A stretch of DNA of 64,000 bases, from positions 3,488,001 through 3,552,000 of the forward strand of contig CAXXUK010000001.1 of assembly GCA_963665125.2 (NCBI GenBank). The letters run 5' to 3'. The translations under genes were made by a program, and so were the position numbers. How positions within the stretch are numbered: position 1 is the first letter of the stretch; each line of letters opens with the position of its first letter. The notes under the pieces were generated by a model. That model had not been told where the DNA came from. It saw only the letters and a program-made list of their open reading frames with translations, and did no database searches. Positions 46,409-56,043 of this stretch are shown here, one piece after another. The DNA comes from an uncultured Desulfarculus sp. (lineage in GTDB: Bacteria; Desulfobacterota; Desulfarculia; Desulfarculales; Desulfarculaceae).

Positions 46409-46447
46409 CAAAGGGCCCTCCGTGGTGGAGGACCCCGTCAGGCTGGT

Positions 46448-47221
46448 TTAGTTGCCCGCGCGCCTTAGCAGCTCATCGGCCATGGCCCCTACCTGGGCCT
46501 TGGCCTGGTCGGCCACCAGGGCCGGGCACTTGTTCTCCATGTCCGCCTCGATGATCTTGGGATCATAATCAATGAAGCCCAGGAACTCGAACTCGGGCAG
46601 GGACTTCTTCAGGTATTCCCGGTCGGTCTCGCTACGGGTCTTGCTGCCCACGATGAGGATGTTTTGCACGCCCAGATCGGCGGCCAGCTTCTTGATGGTG
46701 TGGGCCGTGTCCACGCTGCGGCGGCCGGGTTCGACCACAACCACCAGGAAATCCACGCCCCGGCTGGTGCCCCGGCCCAAATGCTCCAGGCCGGCCTCCA
46801 TGTCCAGGATCAGCACCTGCTTGGTGTTGAGCACCATGTGGGCCATCAACACCTTTAGCATGGTCGAGGCAGGGCAGATGCAGCCGCCGCCGCCCTTTTG
46901 CACGGTGCCCATGACCATCAGGCGCACGCCGTCATGCTCCATCGACAATTTTTCCGGCAAGTCATGCACGGTTGGATTCAGCTTGAAGAAAGTACCGAAG
47001 TTGTTGCCTTTACTTTCGGTTCTTTCATCGATCAGCGCCTTCATGTCGCTGACCGGCACCAGGTTTTTATAATCCGGGAAGCCCAGGGCCTGGCCCAGAT
47101 TGGCGTCCGGGTCGGCGTCCACTGCAAGGACTTCATGTCCCCGCTCGGCAAAGGCCCTGCTGAGCATTGCCGAGAATGTGGTCTTGCCCACGCCTCCCTT
47201 GCCGCTTACTGCAATCTTCAT
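46448..47221 (-). CDS. cooC: CO dehydrogenase nickel-insertion ATPase
   Basis: MKIAVSGKGGVGKTT, DADPDANL, FKLNP, GGGGCICP, DMEAGLEHLGRGT. Confidence 0.93.
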   Translation of the reverse strand: MKIAVSGKGGVGKTTFSAMLSRAFAERGHEVLAVDADPDANLGQALGFPDYKNLVPVSDMKALIDERTESKGNNFGTFFKLNPTVHDLPEKLSMEHDGVRLMVMGTVQKGGGGCICPASTMLKVLMAHMVLNTKQVLILDMEAGLEHLGRGTSRGVDFLVVVVEPGRRSVDTAHTIKKLAADLGVQNILIVGSKTRSETDREYLKKSLPEFEFLGFIDYDPKIIEADMENKCPALVADQAKAQVGAMADELLRRAGN

Positions 47222-47236
47222 GATTTTATATCCTTC

Positions 47237-47563
47237 CTAGCATCCGCAGCCGCTTGGGGTGTAACCCATGGGCGGCGTGGCATATATGGCCAGCAAGTGG
47301 TCAATGTCAACGTCACAGGAGACGCCTTTGGGGTGCTTGGCCTTGCAATCACCGTCGCGCCCGGCTCCGGTCATGGTTTTGACCAGGGGCAGGGTGAACG
47401 CGCCTTGTTGGATGGCCGCCACGATATCGGCCTTGGTCAGGCCGTGACAATAGCAGACCATCTCGTTATCCGGGGCGGTTTTCCAGTCCCTGGTTGCCGG
47501 GCCGATCCGTCCGTGGCCACCGCAGCCGCAGCCGCAGGAATGTTCATGTTCACCATGGCTCAT
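47237..47563 (-). CDS. BFD-like [2Fe-2S]/metal-binding protein with His/Cys-rich ends
   Basis: VCYCHGLT...TGA...C...HPKGVSC core; N-terminal HGEHEHSCGCGCGGH; C-terminal GCGC. Confidence 0.8.
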   Translation of the reverse strand: MSHGEHEHSCGCGCGGHGRIGPATRDWKTAPDNEMVCYCHGLTKADIVAAIQQGAFTLPLVKTMTGAGRDGDCKAKHPKGVSCDVDIDHLLAIYATPPMGYTPSGCGC

Positions 47564-47628
47564 TAGCGCATCTCCATCTGGTAATCATTACTGAATAAAC
47601 TATAAGCACTGATCACCGGGTGTGCACG

Positions 47629-48255
47629 TCATTGGCGGCTGTAATATATGGCCATCATCTTGTAAATGGGCATTCCGGCGGCCCAGGCGATGTCCTCGGT
47701 GTTGAAATAATGTTCGATGGTTCTGTCGAAAAGCACATTGCCATCGGCCGGGAATTCATCGTCGCCTTCGTAGACAATGAGCATGATCGGAACATTGGGA
47801 AATGCCCGGATCACCGCCGAGGCGTCTCCGCTGTCGCCGGGGCCTTCGCCGCCCACCTCCGGGGCCAGTTCCGTAAGCAGCTTTGCATTTTCACCGCAAA
47901 GTTTCAACAGCGGGGCCTTGGCCCGTTTGACAAAGGCGCTCCAGTAAAACTCGCCGCTTTCCACCTCGCGGTAGGTGATCCACTCGCCGGAGGGCAGGGC
48001 GCCGTCGGCATTGGCCAGGTAGTGCAGGATCAGGGCCTGCTCGGCCAGGGGGATCTCCGGCCCGTCGTCGAGGTGCTCCACGGTCATGGGGTCCTTGGTC
48101 ACCTTGACCGGGCGGCCGTAGTATTTCATGGTCAGGGCCGCGCCGCCATCCACGCTCTCGGCTCCGGCTCGCTGGGCCAGATCCGCGAAATCCTGGTCAG
48201 TCAGCTTTTCAGCGGCGATATCAAAACTCATTTTATAGTCGTCCACCCGGGCCAT
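47629..48255 (-). CDS. DUF3786 family protein
   Basis: LILHYL, GEWITYRE, AFPNVP, GDDEFPA, VLFD, EDI. Confidence 0.85.
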   Translation of the reverse strand: MARVDDYKMSFDIAAEKLTDQDFADLAQRAGAESVDGGAALTMKYYGRPVKVTKDPMTVEHLDDGPEIPLAEQALILHYLANADGALPSGEWITYREVESGEFYWSAFVKRAKAPLLKLCGENAKLLTELAPEVGGEGPGDSGDASAVIRAFPNVPIMLIVYEGDDEFPADGNVLFDRTIEHYFNTEDIAWAAGMPIYKMMAIYYSRQ

Positions 48256-48480
48256 GGGCAGCTCTCCTTGGTCTGAAATTATCGGAAAATGTGTGCTGAT
48301 ATGCTAATGCAGCATGCCGGACTTGTCGAGGGCAGCAGTCAAGCCCCGCCTAAAAAAGATTTTGTACAGGTTGGCTACCGAGTTGTTTGCCATATTTTAT
48401 ACACTTTATTGTCTATTTTATTATAACCATGCCACGACTCCGAACTTGCCCGAAGGGCACGATGCGGTAAGATAGAATCC

Positions 48481-49224
48481 ATGGCCAAGAAAAAGAAACA
48501 GGGGAAAAGTGCGAACAAAGCTCAAGGCGTCAAACCCAAGGCCTTCAACGCCCCGTTCGCCGAATTGCGTAAGACGCTTAAGCAGGCTGAAATGCGTCAA
48601 CAAGAGGCCATCGAACCCGCCCCGAAAGCGGCCGAAGACCTGCCCGACGACGCTTCCGAAGCGGCGTCTTTCACCAAGGCCATGGCCGGAGTCGCCCGGC
48701 TAGGCGATCAGGAGTCCCGGCATGTGAGCCTGGTGCCCGGCAACCCTCCGACCATCTATCTGCCGCCCGACGACGACCTGGAGGTCATGGCCCATCTTGC
48801 CGACCTGGTCTCCGGGGCGGCTGATTTTGACATGAAATATAGCCGCAGCTATTTGCAGGGCCGCCTGCCCGGCGTTGCCGACGACCTCATGGACAGCATG
48901 CGGCGGGGCCTGTTTCCCGTACAGGATCATTTGGACCTGCACGGCCTGGACCTTCAACAGGCCGAAAACGAGGTCCACGAATTCGTGGTCCGCTGCGTGA
49001 CCAGAGGCATGCGCCACGTGCTCATCGTCCACGGCAAGGGGCTCAGCTCCCCGGGCGGCGCTCCGGTCATCCGGCCCCAGATCCCCACCTGGCTCAGCCG
49101 CAAACGCATGCGCAAGTTTGTCCTGGCTTTTTGCACGGCCCTGGTCCGCGACGGCGGCGAAGGCGCGGTGTATGTGCTACTGCGCAAATGGGCCGGGCCG
49201 GGCAAGGGCCTTACCTTTATCTGA
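48481..49224 (+). CDS. Smr/MutS2 C-terminal-domain protein
   Basis: LDLHG, IVHGKGLSS, VLAFCTA, GGEGAVYVLLR. Confidence 0.93.
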   Translation: MAKKKKQGKSANKAQGVKPKAFNAPFAELRKTLKQAEMRQQEAIEPAPKAAEDLPDDASEAASFTKAMAGVARLGDQESRHVSLVPGNPPTIYLPPDDDLEVMAHLADLVSGAADFDMKYSRSYLQGRLPGVADDLMDSMRRGLFPVQDHLDLHGLDLQQAENEVHEFVVRCVTRGMRHVLIVHGKGLSSPGGAPVIRPQIPTWLSRKRMRKFVLAFCTALVRDGGEGAVYVLLRKWAGPGKGLTFI

Positions 49225-49339
49225 CGCCCCATATCTCAATAGCCGCCCGACCTTGGCCAACCATATGACTTTTCCTTTGGGTATAATATTGAAGATATAT
49301 AGTCAAAGGCATACCCATGGACCCCACAGGAGCGCCGCA

Positions 49340-49773
49340 GTGAAGGCTTTTATTACAACTTTTAGTTTATTGGTGTTTTTTTCTTGCTTGCGCCCCTCAC
49401 GGCATCGGCCGATTCAAAGGCTGATTGTTCCGGACTCAAGATCACTCAATGCCTCTACATCCCACCCAATGATCAATACACGCACATGTATCACCTTACA
49501 TTTGGCCACGATTCGGGCCGGAGGGTGTCCAGGGTTAAGGACCGAACCTGGTCCCCGGCCCAGGGAATGGGATTTTCCTTTCAAAAACAAAAGGGGTTGG
49601 ACCAAAGCTTTTGTTCCGGATTCAAAATCGACAAATGCCTATACATTCCACCAAATGACCAATATCCTCACATGTGGCACCTCTGGATTGGTCATGATTC
49701 AGGCCGGGCTGTCTTCAGGGTGAAGGATCGAGTCTGGTCGCCTGCGCATGGTATCGGGTTTACCGTGCAATAA
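49340..49773 (+). pseudogene. secreted two-repeat protein, frameshifted at a T7 tract (49376-49382)
   Basis: AGGAG + GTG opens MKAFITTFSLLVFF; one extra T joins it to LLAPLTASA-DSKADCSG...; two ~55-aa repeats follow. Confidence 0.7.
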
Positions 49774-49832
49774 ACATCACCAGCGGCCTTTGCTGTTTTC
49801 ACTTTTATCGCACGCATGAACCGGGTTTTAAC

Positions 49833-50255
49833 GTGGAAATTACACTGAGATACAACTGCGATGGCGTTGACTTTTCCATCGTTGCCGATACGCTGAAGAC
49901 GGTGGGCATGGCCCATCACGCCCCGGAAGTGCACAAAAAGGCCTTCGAAAACAGCCACACCACGGTATTCGCCTATGACGGCGGGCGGTTGGTGGGCTTT
50001 GGCCGGGCCATTTCCGACGACGCCTATCAGGCCGCCGTCTACGACTGCGCGGTGTGGCCCGAATATCAGGGCCAAGGCATCGGTGCCATGATCGTTAAGG
50101 CGATCCTGGAGCGGGTGTCCCACTGCAACGTGATCCTCTACGCGGCGGTGGGCAAGGAAGGCTTTTATCAAGAAATCGGCCTCAGCCGCATGAAGACCGG
50201 CATGGCCCGTTTCATGGACCAGAACAGTGCCCGGACCAAGGGCTTTATCGAATAG
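49833..50255 (+). CDS. GNAT family acetyltransferase
   Basis: LVGFGRAISD, VWPEYQGQGIG, GKEGFYQEIG. Confidence 0.92.
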   Translation: MEITLRYNCDGVDFSIVADTLKTVGMAHHAPEVHKKAFENSHTTVFAYDGGRLVGFGRAISDDAYQAAVYDCAVWPEYQGQGIGAMIVKAILERVSHCNVILYAAVGKEGFYQEIGLSRMKTGMARFMDQNSARTKGFIE

Positions 50256-50414
50256 GCGGCGGAGTTAATCGCCCGGGATGCGCCGCGCAAATGGCCGGAC
50301 CAAGGCCACTCCTCTATCAATTTTCGCATCGTTATAGGAAAACACTTTTCATAACAAACACTTGCTCAACAAACACATATAGTGATAGGCTGTACCACTT
50401 TAAGGAGCTATATC

Positions 50415-50747
50415 ATGAAATCACTGCGAATTGCGCCATTGCTTTTAGCCCTGATTTTTATTTTTGTCGCCTCTGGGGCCTACGCTGAAAGCTATGGCAA
50501 CTATAATGATTGCTATCGAGGCTGCCCGCAGGGGGACAACTCTTGCAGCCGGTGCTGCTCTAAAAAGAAAGGGGATTGCCGTAGACTATGCGATGGCAAG
50601 GCAGCCGCCTGCCTTCAAGCCTGCGGCAGCAACCCCTCAAACGTGGTATGCAACGAAAACTGTTACCGGCTAATACACGAGTGCCTTGATAGGTGCGACA
50701 ACCAACCCATATATCTTATGGACTGCCCCGGCTGGTCCCACCCTTAG
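50415..50747 (+). CDS. secreted Cys-rich protein (14 Cys, six CX3C motifs)
   Basis: TAAGGAG RBS; signal peptide ending AYA; CYRGC, CSRCC, CRRLC, CLQAC, CNENC, CLDRC. Confidence 0.8.
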   Translation: MKSLRIAPLLLALIFIFVASGAYAESYGNYNDCYRGCPQGDNSCSRCCSKKKGDCRRLCDGKAAACLQACGSNPSNVVCNENCYRLIHECLDRCDNQPIYLMDCPGWSHP

Positions 50748-50763
50748 CACATATGGCAATGAC

Positions 50764-50803
50764 AAAAGCGGCGGCGCATGTATCACCACGCGCCGCCGCT
50801 TTT
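50764..50803. terminator. bidirectional terminator
   Basis: AAAAGCGGCGGCGC...GCGCCGCCGCTTTT. Confidence 0.8.
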
Positions 50804-50826
50804 GCTTTATATCGGCTTCGAACCCG

Positions 50827-51477
50827 TTAGAAATTAAAACGCACGCCAAACAGTATGGTGTGGATGTGGTGCGGGTCCACGTCCGAAGTATCGTAATTGC
50901 TGTTCTGCAGGTCGTGGGTGCGGTCGTTGACGCTGTAGTAGCGGTACATCAGATCCAGCGCCCAGTCGGCATTGATGGCCCAGGAAGCGCCGGCCAGGAA
51001 CTGATAGGCAAAGTCCCAGGTCTTGTCGTCGGCCGAGATCCGCCGTCCGCTGGGAGTGGTCCAGTCCAGATCCTGATGCACGTAGGCCATGCCGATGCCC
51101 GCGCCTACGTAGGGAGTGAACGGCGTGGAGTTTTTCCAGTCCACAATGGCGTTGACCATGAATTTCCAGTGTTGGTCCTCGCCGGAACCGTTCACGGCGG
51201 GGTTCTGGCCGGTCACGTCGTCTATCTTGATCTTGGCGTAGCCCATCTCGCCCTCAAGGCGGAAGTAGTCGCAGATATGGCGGCCATAGGCAACGTCCAA
51301 CTCCCAGTAGTCCTTGTAGCTGAGTTCGTTTTTCCAGGGCCCCACGGTGCGGTCCACGTCCGCGGCCCAGCCCATGCCGCCGCGCAGGGTTACGTAGTTG
51401 GGTCCGGCTGCAACGGCCGGTGCGGCCACTGCAAGCGCCAACAGCGCAACTGCCACGAGCATTAACCTTTTCATCAT
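50827..51477 (-). CDS. outer membrane beta-barrel protein (8-stranded type)
   Basis: Signal peptide; RLEGEMGY, FTPYVGAGIG, FAYQFLAG, C-terminal GVRFNF. Confidence 0.9.
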   Translation of the reverse strand: MMKRLMLVAVALLALAVAAPAVAAGPNYVTLRGGMGWAADVDRTVGPWKNELSYKDYWELDVAYGRHICDYFRLEGEMGYAKIKIDDVTGQNPAVNGSGEDQHWKFMVNAIVDWKNSTPFTPYVGAGIGMAYVHQDLDWTTPSGRRISADDKTWDFAYQFLAGASWAINADWALDLMYRYYSVNDRTHDLQNSNYDTSDVDPHHIHTILFGVRFNF

Positions 51478-51608
51478 ACTTCTCCCTTTTTCTTTTTGCT
51501 TCCGAACTATTGTTTGCCCGGCATGCCAATATCTACAGTAAATGTTGATATTGTCTACATCAACCAACTCTGTTCAAGGTTTTCTTTTTAATTTAATTGC
51601 GCCTCGCT

Positions 51609-51640
51609 GTCGAGTGCTTACATTTTTGTAAGTAATCGAC
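51609..51640. promoter_or_regulatory. inverted repeat upstream of clpB (candidate operator or RNA hairpin)
   Basis: GTCGAGTGCTTACA-TTTT-TGTAAGTAATCGAC, arms match at 12/14. Confidence 0.5.
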
Positions 51641-51666
51641 TAAATACGCCTGAGAGGTGAAAAGAT

Positions 51667-54252
51667 ATGAGACTCGACAAATTTACGCTCAAGAGCCAGG
51701 AGATCATTCAACAGGCCGTGACCCTGGCCGACAAAGCCGGCAACCCCCAGACCGAGCCGGCGCACATCCTGGCCGCCACGCTACAGGTCAGCCAGGAAGT
51801 TGCCAAGCCGATCCTGGGCAGGGTCGGCGCTTCCGAAGCCGCCCTGGCCGCTGAAGTCGAAAAGGCCCTCAAGAAGCTGCCCAAGGTTTCCGGCGGTAGC
51901 CAGGCCTATCTATCCCAGACCAGCCGGGACGTATTGCAGCTCGCCGAAGACACCGCCGAAAACATGCATGACGATTATGTCTCGGTGGAGCATGTGCTCA
52001 TCGCTCTTGCCCAAGACAAGGGCCCTGCCGGCGACGCCCTGCGTTCCTCCGGCGTTACCGCCGAGGCTATCTTGTCGGTATTGAAGGAAATTCGTGGCGG
52101 TCAGCGCGTAACCGACCAGAACCCCGAGGACAAGTACCAGGCCCTTCAGCAATACGCCACGGATCTGACCGAAAGCGCCCGCAAGGGCAAGCTGGACCCG
52201 GTCATCGGCCGGGACGAGGAAATTCGCCGGGTCATCCAGATCCTCAGCCGCCGCACCAAGAACAACCCGGTGCTCATCGGCGAGCCCGGCGTGGGCAAGA
52301 CGGCAATCGTCGAAGGACTGGCCCAGCGCATCGTGGCCGGGGACGTGCCCGAAGGCCTCAAGGATAAGCGGGTGGTCAGCCTGGACATGGGCTCGCTCAT
52401 CGCCGGAGCCAAGTACCGCGGCGAATTCGAGGACCGGCTCAAGGCCGTGCTCAAGGAGGTCACAGACGCGGCCGGCGAAATTATCTTGTTTATCGACGAG
52501 ATGCATACCCTGGTCGGCGCGGGCAAGGCCGAAGGGGCCATGGACGCGGGCAACATGCTCAAGCCGCCCCTGGCCAGGGGCGAACTTCGCTGTGTGGGCG
52601 CCACCACTATCAAGGAATACCGCCAGAACATCGAGAAGGACGCCGCTCTGGAGCGACGCTTCGCGCCCGTACTGGTGGAAGAGCCTACTGTGGAAGACAC
52701 CATCGCCATCCTGCGCGGGCTCAAGGAAAAGTATGAGGTGCACCACGGCGTGCGGATCAAGGACTCGGCCCTAGTGGCCGCGGCCAGCCTCAGCGACCGC
52801 TACATCACCGACCGCTTTCTTCCGGACAAGGCCATCGACCTAATCGACGAGGCCGGCTCCAAGCTGCGCATCGACATCGACAGCCTGCCCGAGGAACTGG
52901 ACCAGATTGAACGGCGCATCCTCCAGATGACCCTGGAGATCGAGGCCCTTAAAAAGGAATCCGACCCCGACAGCAAAAAGCGCCTGGCCAAGCTTCAGGA
53001 AGAAATGAAGGAGCTTGAAACCAGCAAGAACGAATTGCGGTCCGAGTGGGAAAGCCAAAAGTCGGTCATCGAGGGCATGCGCGGGGCCAAGGAAAAACTG
53101 GACCAACTGCGCATCGAGATGGAGCAGGCCGAGCGCGGCGGCGACTTTTCCAAGGCCTCGGAATTGAAGTACTCCACTATTCCGGCCATGGAAAAGGATC
53201 TGGCCGAGCGCCAGGAGGCCATGGACCAGATGCAGGCCGAGGGCTCGGCCCTGGTCAAGGAGGAGGTCAGCTCCGAGGACGTCGCCGAGGTGGTGTCCCG
53301 CTGGACCGGCGTTCCCGTGGCCAAGCTCATGGAGGGCGAGCGCGATAAGCTGTTGCACATGGAAGAGCGCCTGTCCATGAGCGTGGTGGGGCAGAAAGAA
53401 GCCATCGAGGCGGTGAGCAACGCCGTACGCCGGGCCCGCAGCGGCTTGCAGGACCCCAACCGGCCCATAGGCTCGTTCATCTTCATGGGCCCCACCGGCG
53501 TGGGCAAGACCGAACTGGCCCGCTCGTTGGCCAAGTTCATGTTCGATGACGAGCAGGCCATGATCCGCCTGGACATGAGCGAGTTTATGGAAAAGCACTC
53601 CGTGGCCCGGCTCATCGGAGCGCCTCCGGGCTATGTGGGCTATGAGGAGGGCGGCTATCTAACCGAATCGGTGCGCCGCAGGCCCTACAGCGTGATCCTC
53701 TTCGACGAGATCGAAAAGGCCCACCCTGACGTGTTCAACGCCCTGTTGCAGGTCCTGGATGACGGCAGGCTCACCGACGGCCAGGGCCGCACGGTGGACT
53801 TCACCAACGCCATCATCATCATGACCTCCAACATCGGCAGCCAGTTCATCCAGGATATGAGCAGGCCCGACCAGCGTGGGGACATGGAAAACCTGGTCAT
53901 GGACGCCCTGCGAAGCGCGTTCAAGCCGGAGTTCTTGAACCGCGTGGACAATGTGGTGATTTTCCACAGCCTGACCAAGGAGCACATAGCCCACATCGTG
54001 GACATCCAGATGGGCAAGTTGGACAAGCTGCTGGCCTCCCGGGGCCTGCGCCTGGAATTGACCCAGGGAGCCCGGGACCTGCTGGCCAACCTGGGCTATG
54101 ACCCAGTGTACGGGGCCCGGCCCCTGAAGCGGGCCATCCAGACCAATGTGCAGGACGAGCTGGCCAAGGATCTGCTGGCAGGCGAGTTCATCGACGGCGA
54201 CACCATCATCGCCGATAATGAAGGCGGCAAGATCGTCTTCAGCAAGAAGTAA
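51667..54252 (+). CDS. clpB: ATP-dependent chaperone ClpB
   Basis: [21 protein letters not shown], coiled-coil M domain, [26 protein letters not shown]. Confidence 0.98.
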   Translation: MRLDKFTLKSQEIIQQAVTLADKAGNPQTEPAHILAATLQVSQEVAKPILGRVGASEAALAAEVEKALKKLPKVSGGSQAYLSQTSRDVLQLAEDTAENMHDDYVSVEHVLIALAQDKGPAGDALRSSGVTAEAILSVLKEIRGGQRVTDQNPEDKYQALQQYATDLTESARKGKLDPVIGRDEEIRRVIQILSRRTKNNPVLIGEPGVGKTAIVEGLAQRIVAGDVPEGLKDKRVVSLDMGSLIAGAKYRGEFEDRLKAVLKEVTDAAGEIILFIDEMHTLVGAGKAEGAMDAGNMLKPPLARGELRCVGATTIKEYRQNIEKDAALERRFAPVLVEEPTVEDTIAILRGLKEKYEVHHGVRIKDSALVAAASLSDRYITDRFLPDKAIDLIDEAGSKLRIDIDSLPEELDQIERRILQMTLEIEALKKESDPDSKKRLAKLQEEMKELETSKNELRSEWESQKSVIEGMRGAKEKLDQLRIEMEQAERGGDFSKASELKYSTIPAMEKDLAERQEAMDQMQAEGSALVKEEVSSEDVAEVVSRWTGVPVAKLMEGERDKLLHMEERLSMSVVGQKEAIEAVSNAVRRARSGLQDPNRPIGSFIFMGPTGVGKTELARSLAKFMFDDEQAMIRLDMSEFMEKHSVARLIGAPPGYVGYEEGGYLTESVRRRPYSVILFDEIEKAHPDVFNALLQVLDDGRLTDGQGRTVDFTNAIIIMTSNIGSQFIQDMSRPDQRGDMENLVMDALRSAFKPEFLNRVDNVVIFHSLTKEHIAHIVDIQMGKLDKLLASRGLRLELTQGARDLLANLGYDPVYGARPLKRAIQTNVQDELAKDLLAGEFIDGDTIIADNEGGKIVFSKK

Positions 54253-54272
54253 GGCGATATTGCTAAAACGCT

Positions 54273-54305
54273 AAACCCCGGAGGATGTCATGCCTCCGGG
54301 GTTTT
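54273..54305. terminator. bidirectional terminator
   Basis: AAACCCCGGAGG...CCTCCGGGGTTTT. Confidence 0.8.
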
Positions 54306-54326
54306 ACTTTCGCACTCCATATCACC

Positions 54327-54788
54327 TCAACAAACCTGGCCGTGCAGCCGATCCATGAGGCAGTCCACGGCCTCTTCGGGCGTGGCGGTCTCGGCCAGGC
54401 CGGCCACTTCCCAGGACCCCAGGCTGACCACGGGCTTGCGGGATTTCAGGGCCAGGCCGATCTCGCTGAGGGTGCCCGGACCGCCGCCCACGGCAATGGC
54501 CCCCTCGCCCGCGGCCACCACCAGGGCGTTTCGGGCCTGGCCCATGCCGCTGGGGATGACTATGGTGGCGAACTGGTTGGCCTCGGCCATGTCCGAGCCG
54601 GGCAGGATGGCCAGGGCCACGCCTCCGGCCTCGTCGGCGCCCTTGCAGGCCCCTTCCATAACCCCGCCCAGGCCGCCGCAGACAATGCCGAAGCCCCGCT
54701 GGGCCAACAAGCTGCCCACCTTGCGGGCGTTTTCATATTCCTCTTTGCTGGCCTGGCCCGCCCCTATCACGCTAATGAGTCTAAGCAT
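54327..54788 (-). CDS. TIGR00725 / LOG-like Rossmann-fold protein
   Basis: ISVIG, CGGLGGVMEG, GMGQARN, GGPGTLSEI. Confidence 0.9.
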   Translation of the reverse strand: MLRLISVIGAGQASKEEYENARKVGSLLAQRGFGIVCGGLGGVMEGACKGADEAGGVALAILPGSDMAEANQFATIVIPSGMGQARNALVVAAGEGAIAVGGGPGTLSEIGLALKSRKPVVSLGSWEVAGLAETATPEEAVDCLMDRLHGQVC

Positions 54789-54806
54789 CGTTTCTACCCC
54801 CGGGAT

Positions 54807-55463
54807 TTATCGTTTCCAGCCATGCCTGCCGATGAGGTCCACGAAACGGCAGCCGCCAAGATCTTCGGTAATAAATTCATCGCCCCGCCTGGTCACCCGC
54901 ATCAGGCTCTGGTGAAAGCGGTCGCCCACCGGAATCACCAGCCTGCCGCCCTCGGCGAGCTGGGCCGCCAGGGGCCTGGGAATCTCCGGCCCACCCGCGG
55001 TGACGATTATGGCGTCATATGGCGCTTCGTCGGGGTGGCCCATGGTGCCGTCGCCGACAATGAGGTTGCAGTTGAATATTCGGCATTTTTCCAGGGCCGC
55101 GGTGGCCATGCGCGACAAGGAGTAGATACGCTCGATGCTGTATACCCAGTCGGCGCGCTTGGCCAGGATGGCCGTCTGGTAACCGGAACCGGTGCCGATC
55201 TCCAGGACCTTTTCCTTGCCGGTCAGGCCCAGGGCGTCGGTCATCAGGGCCACGATATAGGGCTGGCTGATGGTCTGGCCTTCGCCTATGGACACCGGAT
55301 GATCTTCATAGGCCTGGTTCCACAAGCCTTCGGGTATGAACAAATGCCTGGGAATTTCGGTGAACACAGCCAGCAGCTTTTGGTCATGGATGCCCCTGGC
55401 CGCGATCTGCTCGCTGACCATGCGCCGCCGCTGAAATGAGTACTCGCTGAATCCGGCCATCAA
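54807..55463 (-). CDS. pcm: protein-L-isoaspartate O-methyltransferase (cytoplasmic)
   Basis: GQTISQPYIVA, VLEIGTGSGYQTAIL, APYDAIIVTA, CRFVDLIG. Confidence 0.96.
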   Translation of the reverse strand: MMAGFSEYSFQRRRMVSEQIAARGIHDQKLLAVFTEIPRHLFIPEGLWNQAYEDHPVSIGEGQTISQPYIVALMTDALGLTGKEKVLEIGTGSGYQTAILAKRADWVYSIERIYSLSRMATAALEKCRIFNCNLIVGDGTMGHPDEAPYDAIIVTAGGPEIPRPLAAQLAEGGRLVIPVGDRFHQSLMRVTRRGDEFITEDLGGCRFVDLIGRHGWKR

Positions 55464-55465
55464 CC

Positions 55466-55969
55466 TTAGTCCTTGGGCTGGAATACGGTTATCTTGTGGC
55501 GGGGGGGCTCGATTTTCCGTCCGGCCCGGTCCGTGGGCTGCTCCGGAATGCCGTCAAGTTCTTCAGCCTGATCCAGAGGCGGCTCTTCCGGCGGCGGCGG
55601 GGTCTGATCACCGGGCTCCATGCTGATCTGGTAGGCGGGCGGCGGCGGTCCGGCCTTGATTCTCCGGGCCCAATAAACCAGCAAATGCAGGGCCAGCGCG
55701 CCCCAGACAAGGAGCAGGAAATACCACAGCCAGGCCGAGCCCCAGGTGTAGGCAGTATAGATGCCCGTGGCCACCATGGATGCGCCCAGGGTCATGCCCA
55801 GATGACGGGTCAGCCTGTCCCGGGCGTTGATCATGGGGTCCTCCCCGGCCATGATCACCCGGATCACCTCGCCGCCGTCTTCACCATCTATCAGGGGGAT
55901 GCTCTCCGACGGCTGGTCTTGCTGATCCTGCTCGGGCTCGGCGCTGTTTTGCTCTTTGTCCAGGCTCAA
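55466..55969 (-). CDS. 2TM-domain-like membrane protein with acidic/Pro-rich tails
   Basis: RHL...W...VWGALALH pattern; TTG start after a purine-rich RBS; start uncertain. Confidence 0.65.
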   Translation of the reverse strand: MSLDKEQNSAEPEQDQQDQPSESIPLIDGEDGGEVIRVIMAGEDPMINARDRLTRHLGMTLGASMVATGIYTAYTWGSAWLWYFLLLVWGALALHLLVYWARRIKAGPPPPAYQISMEPGDQTPPPPEEPPLDQAEELDGIPEQPTDRAGRKIEPPRHKITVFQPKD

Positions 55970-56043
55970 TCCTCTCCCCTTGGTCCTGGAGACCATGCAG
56001 CAGTCTTTCGAATTATTACATACCACCACAGAACATGGACAGG

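Noticed and set aside
45166..46554. ORFs 45166..45573, 45522..45929, 45622..46134, 45709..46212, 46261..46554
   Set aside because: They lie in the hairpin repeats, lack RBSs, and their frames are not preserved between copies; shared peptides only reflect the DNA repeat.
49118..49723. 201-aa ORF overlapping smr
   Set aside because: It is the out-of-frame read-through of the frameshifted secreted gene; only 49340-49381 appears coding in this frame.
51594..51620. CIRCE (HrcA) element at clpB
   Set aside because: Only a right-half-like GAGTGCTTA is present; the left arm at N9 spacing reads TAATTGCGC.
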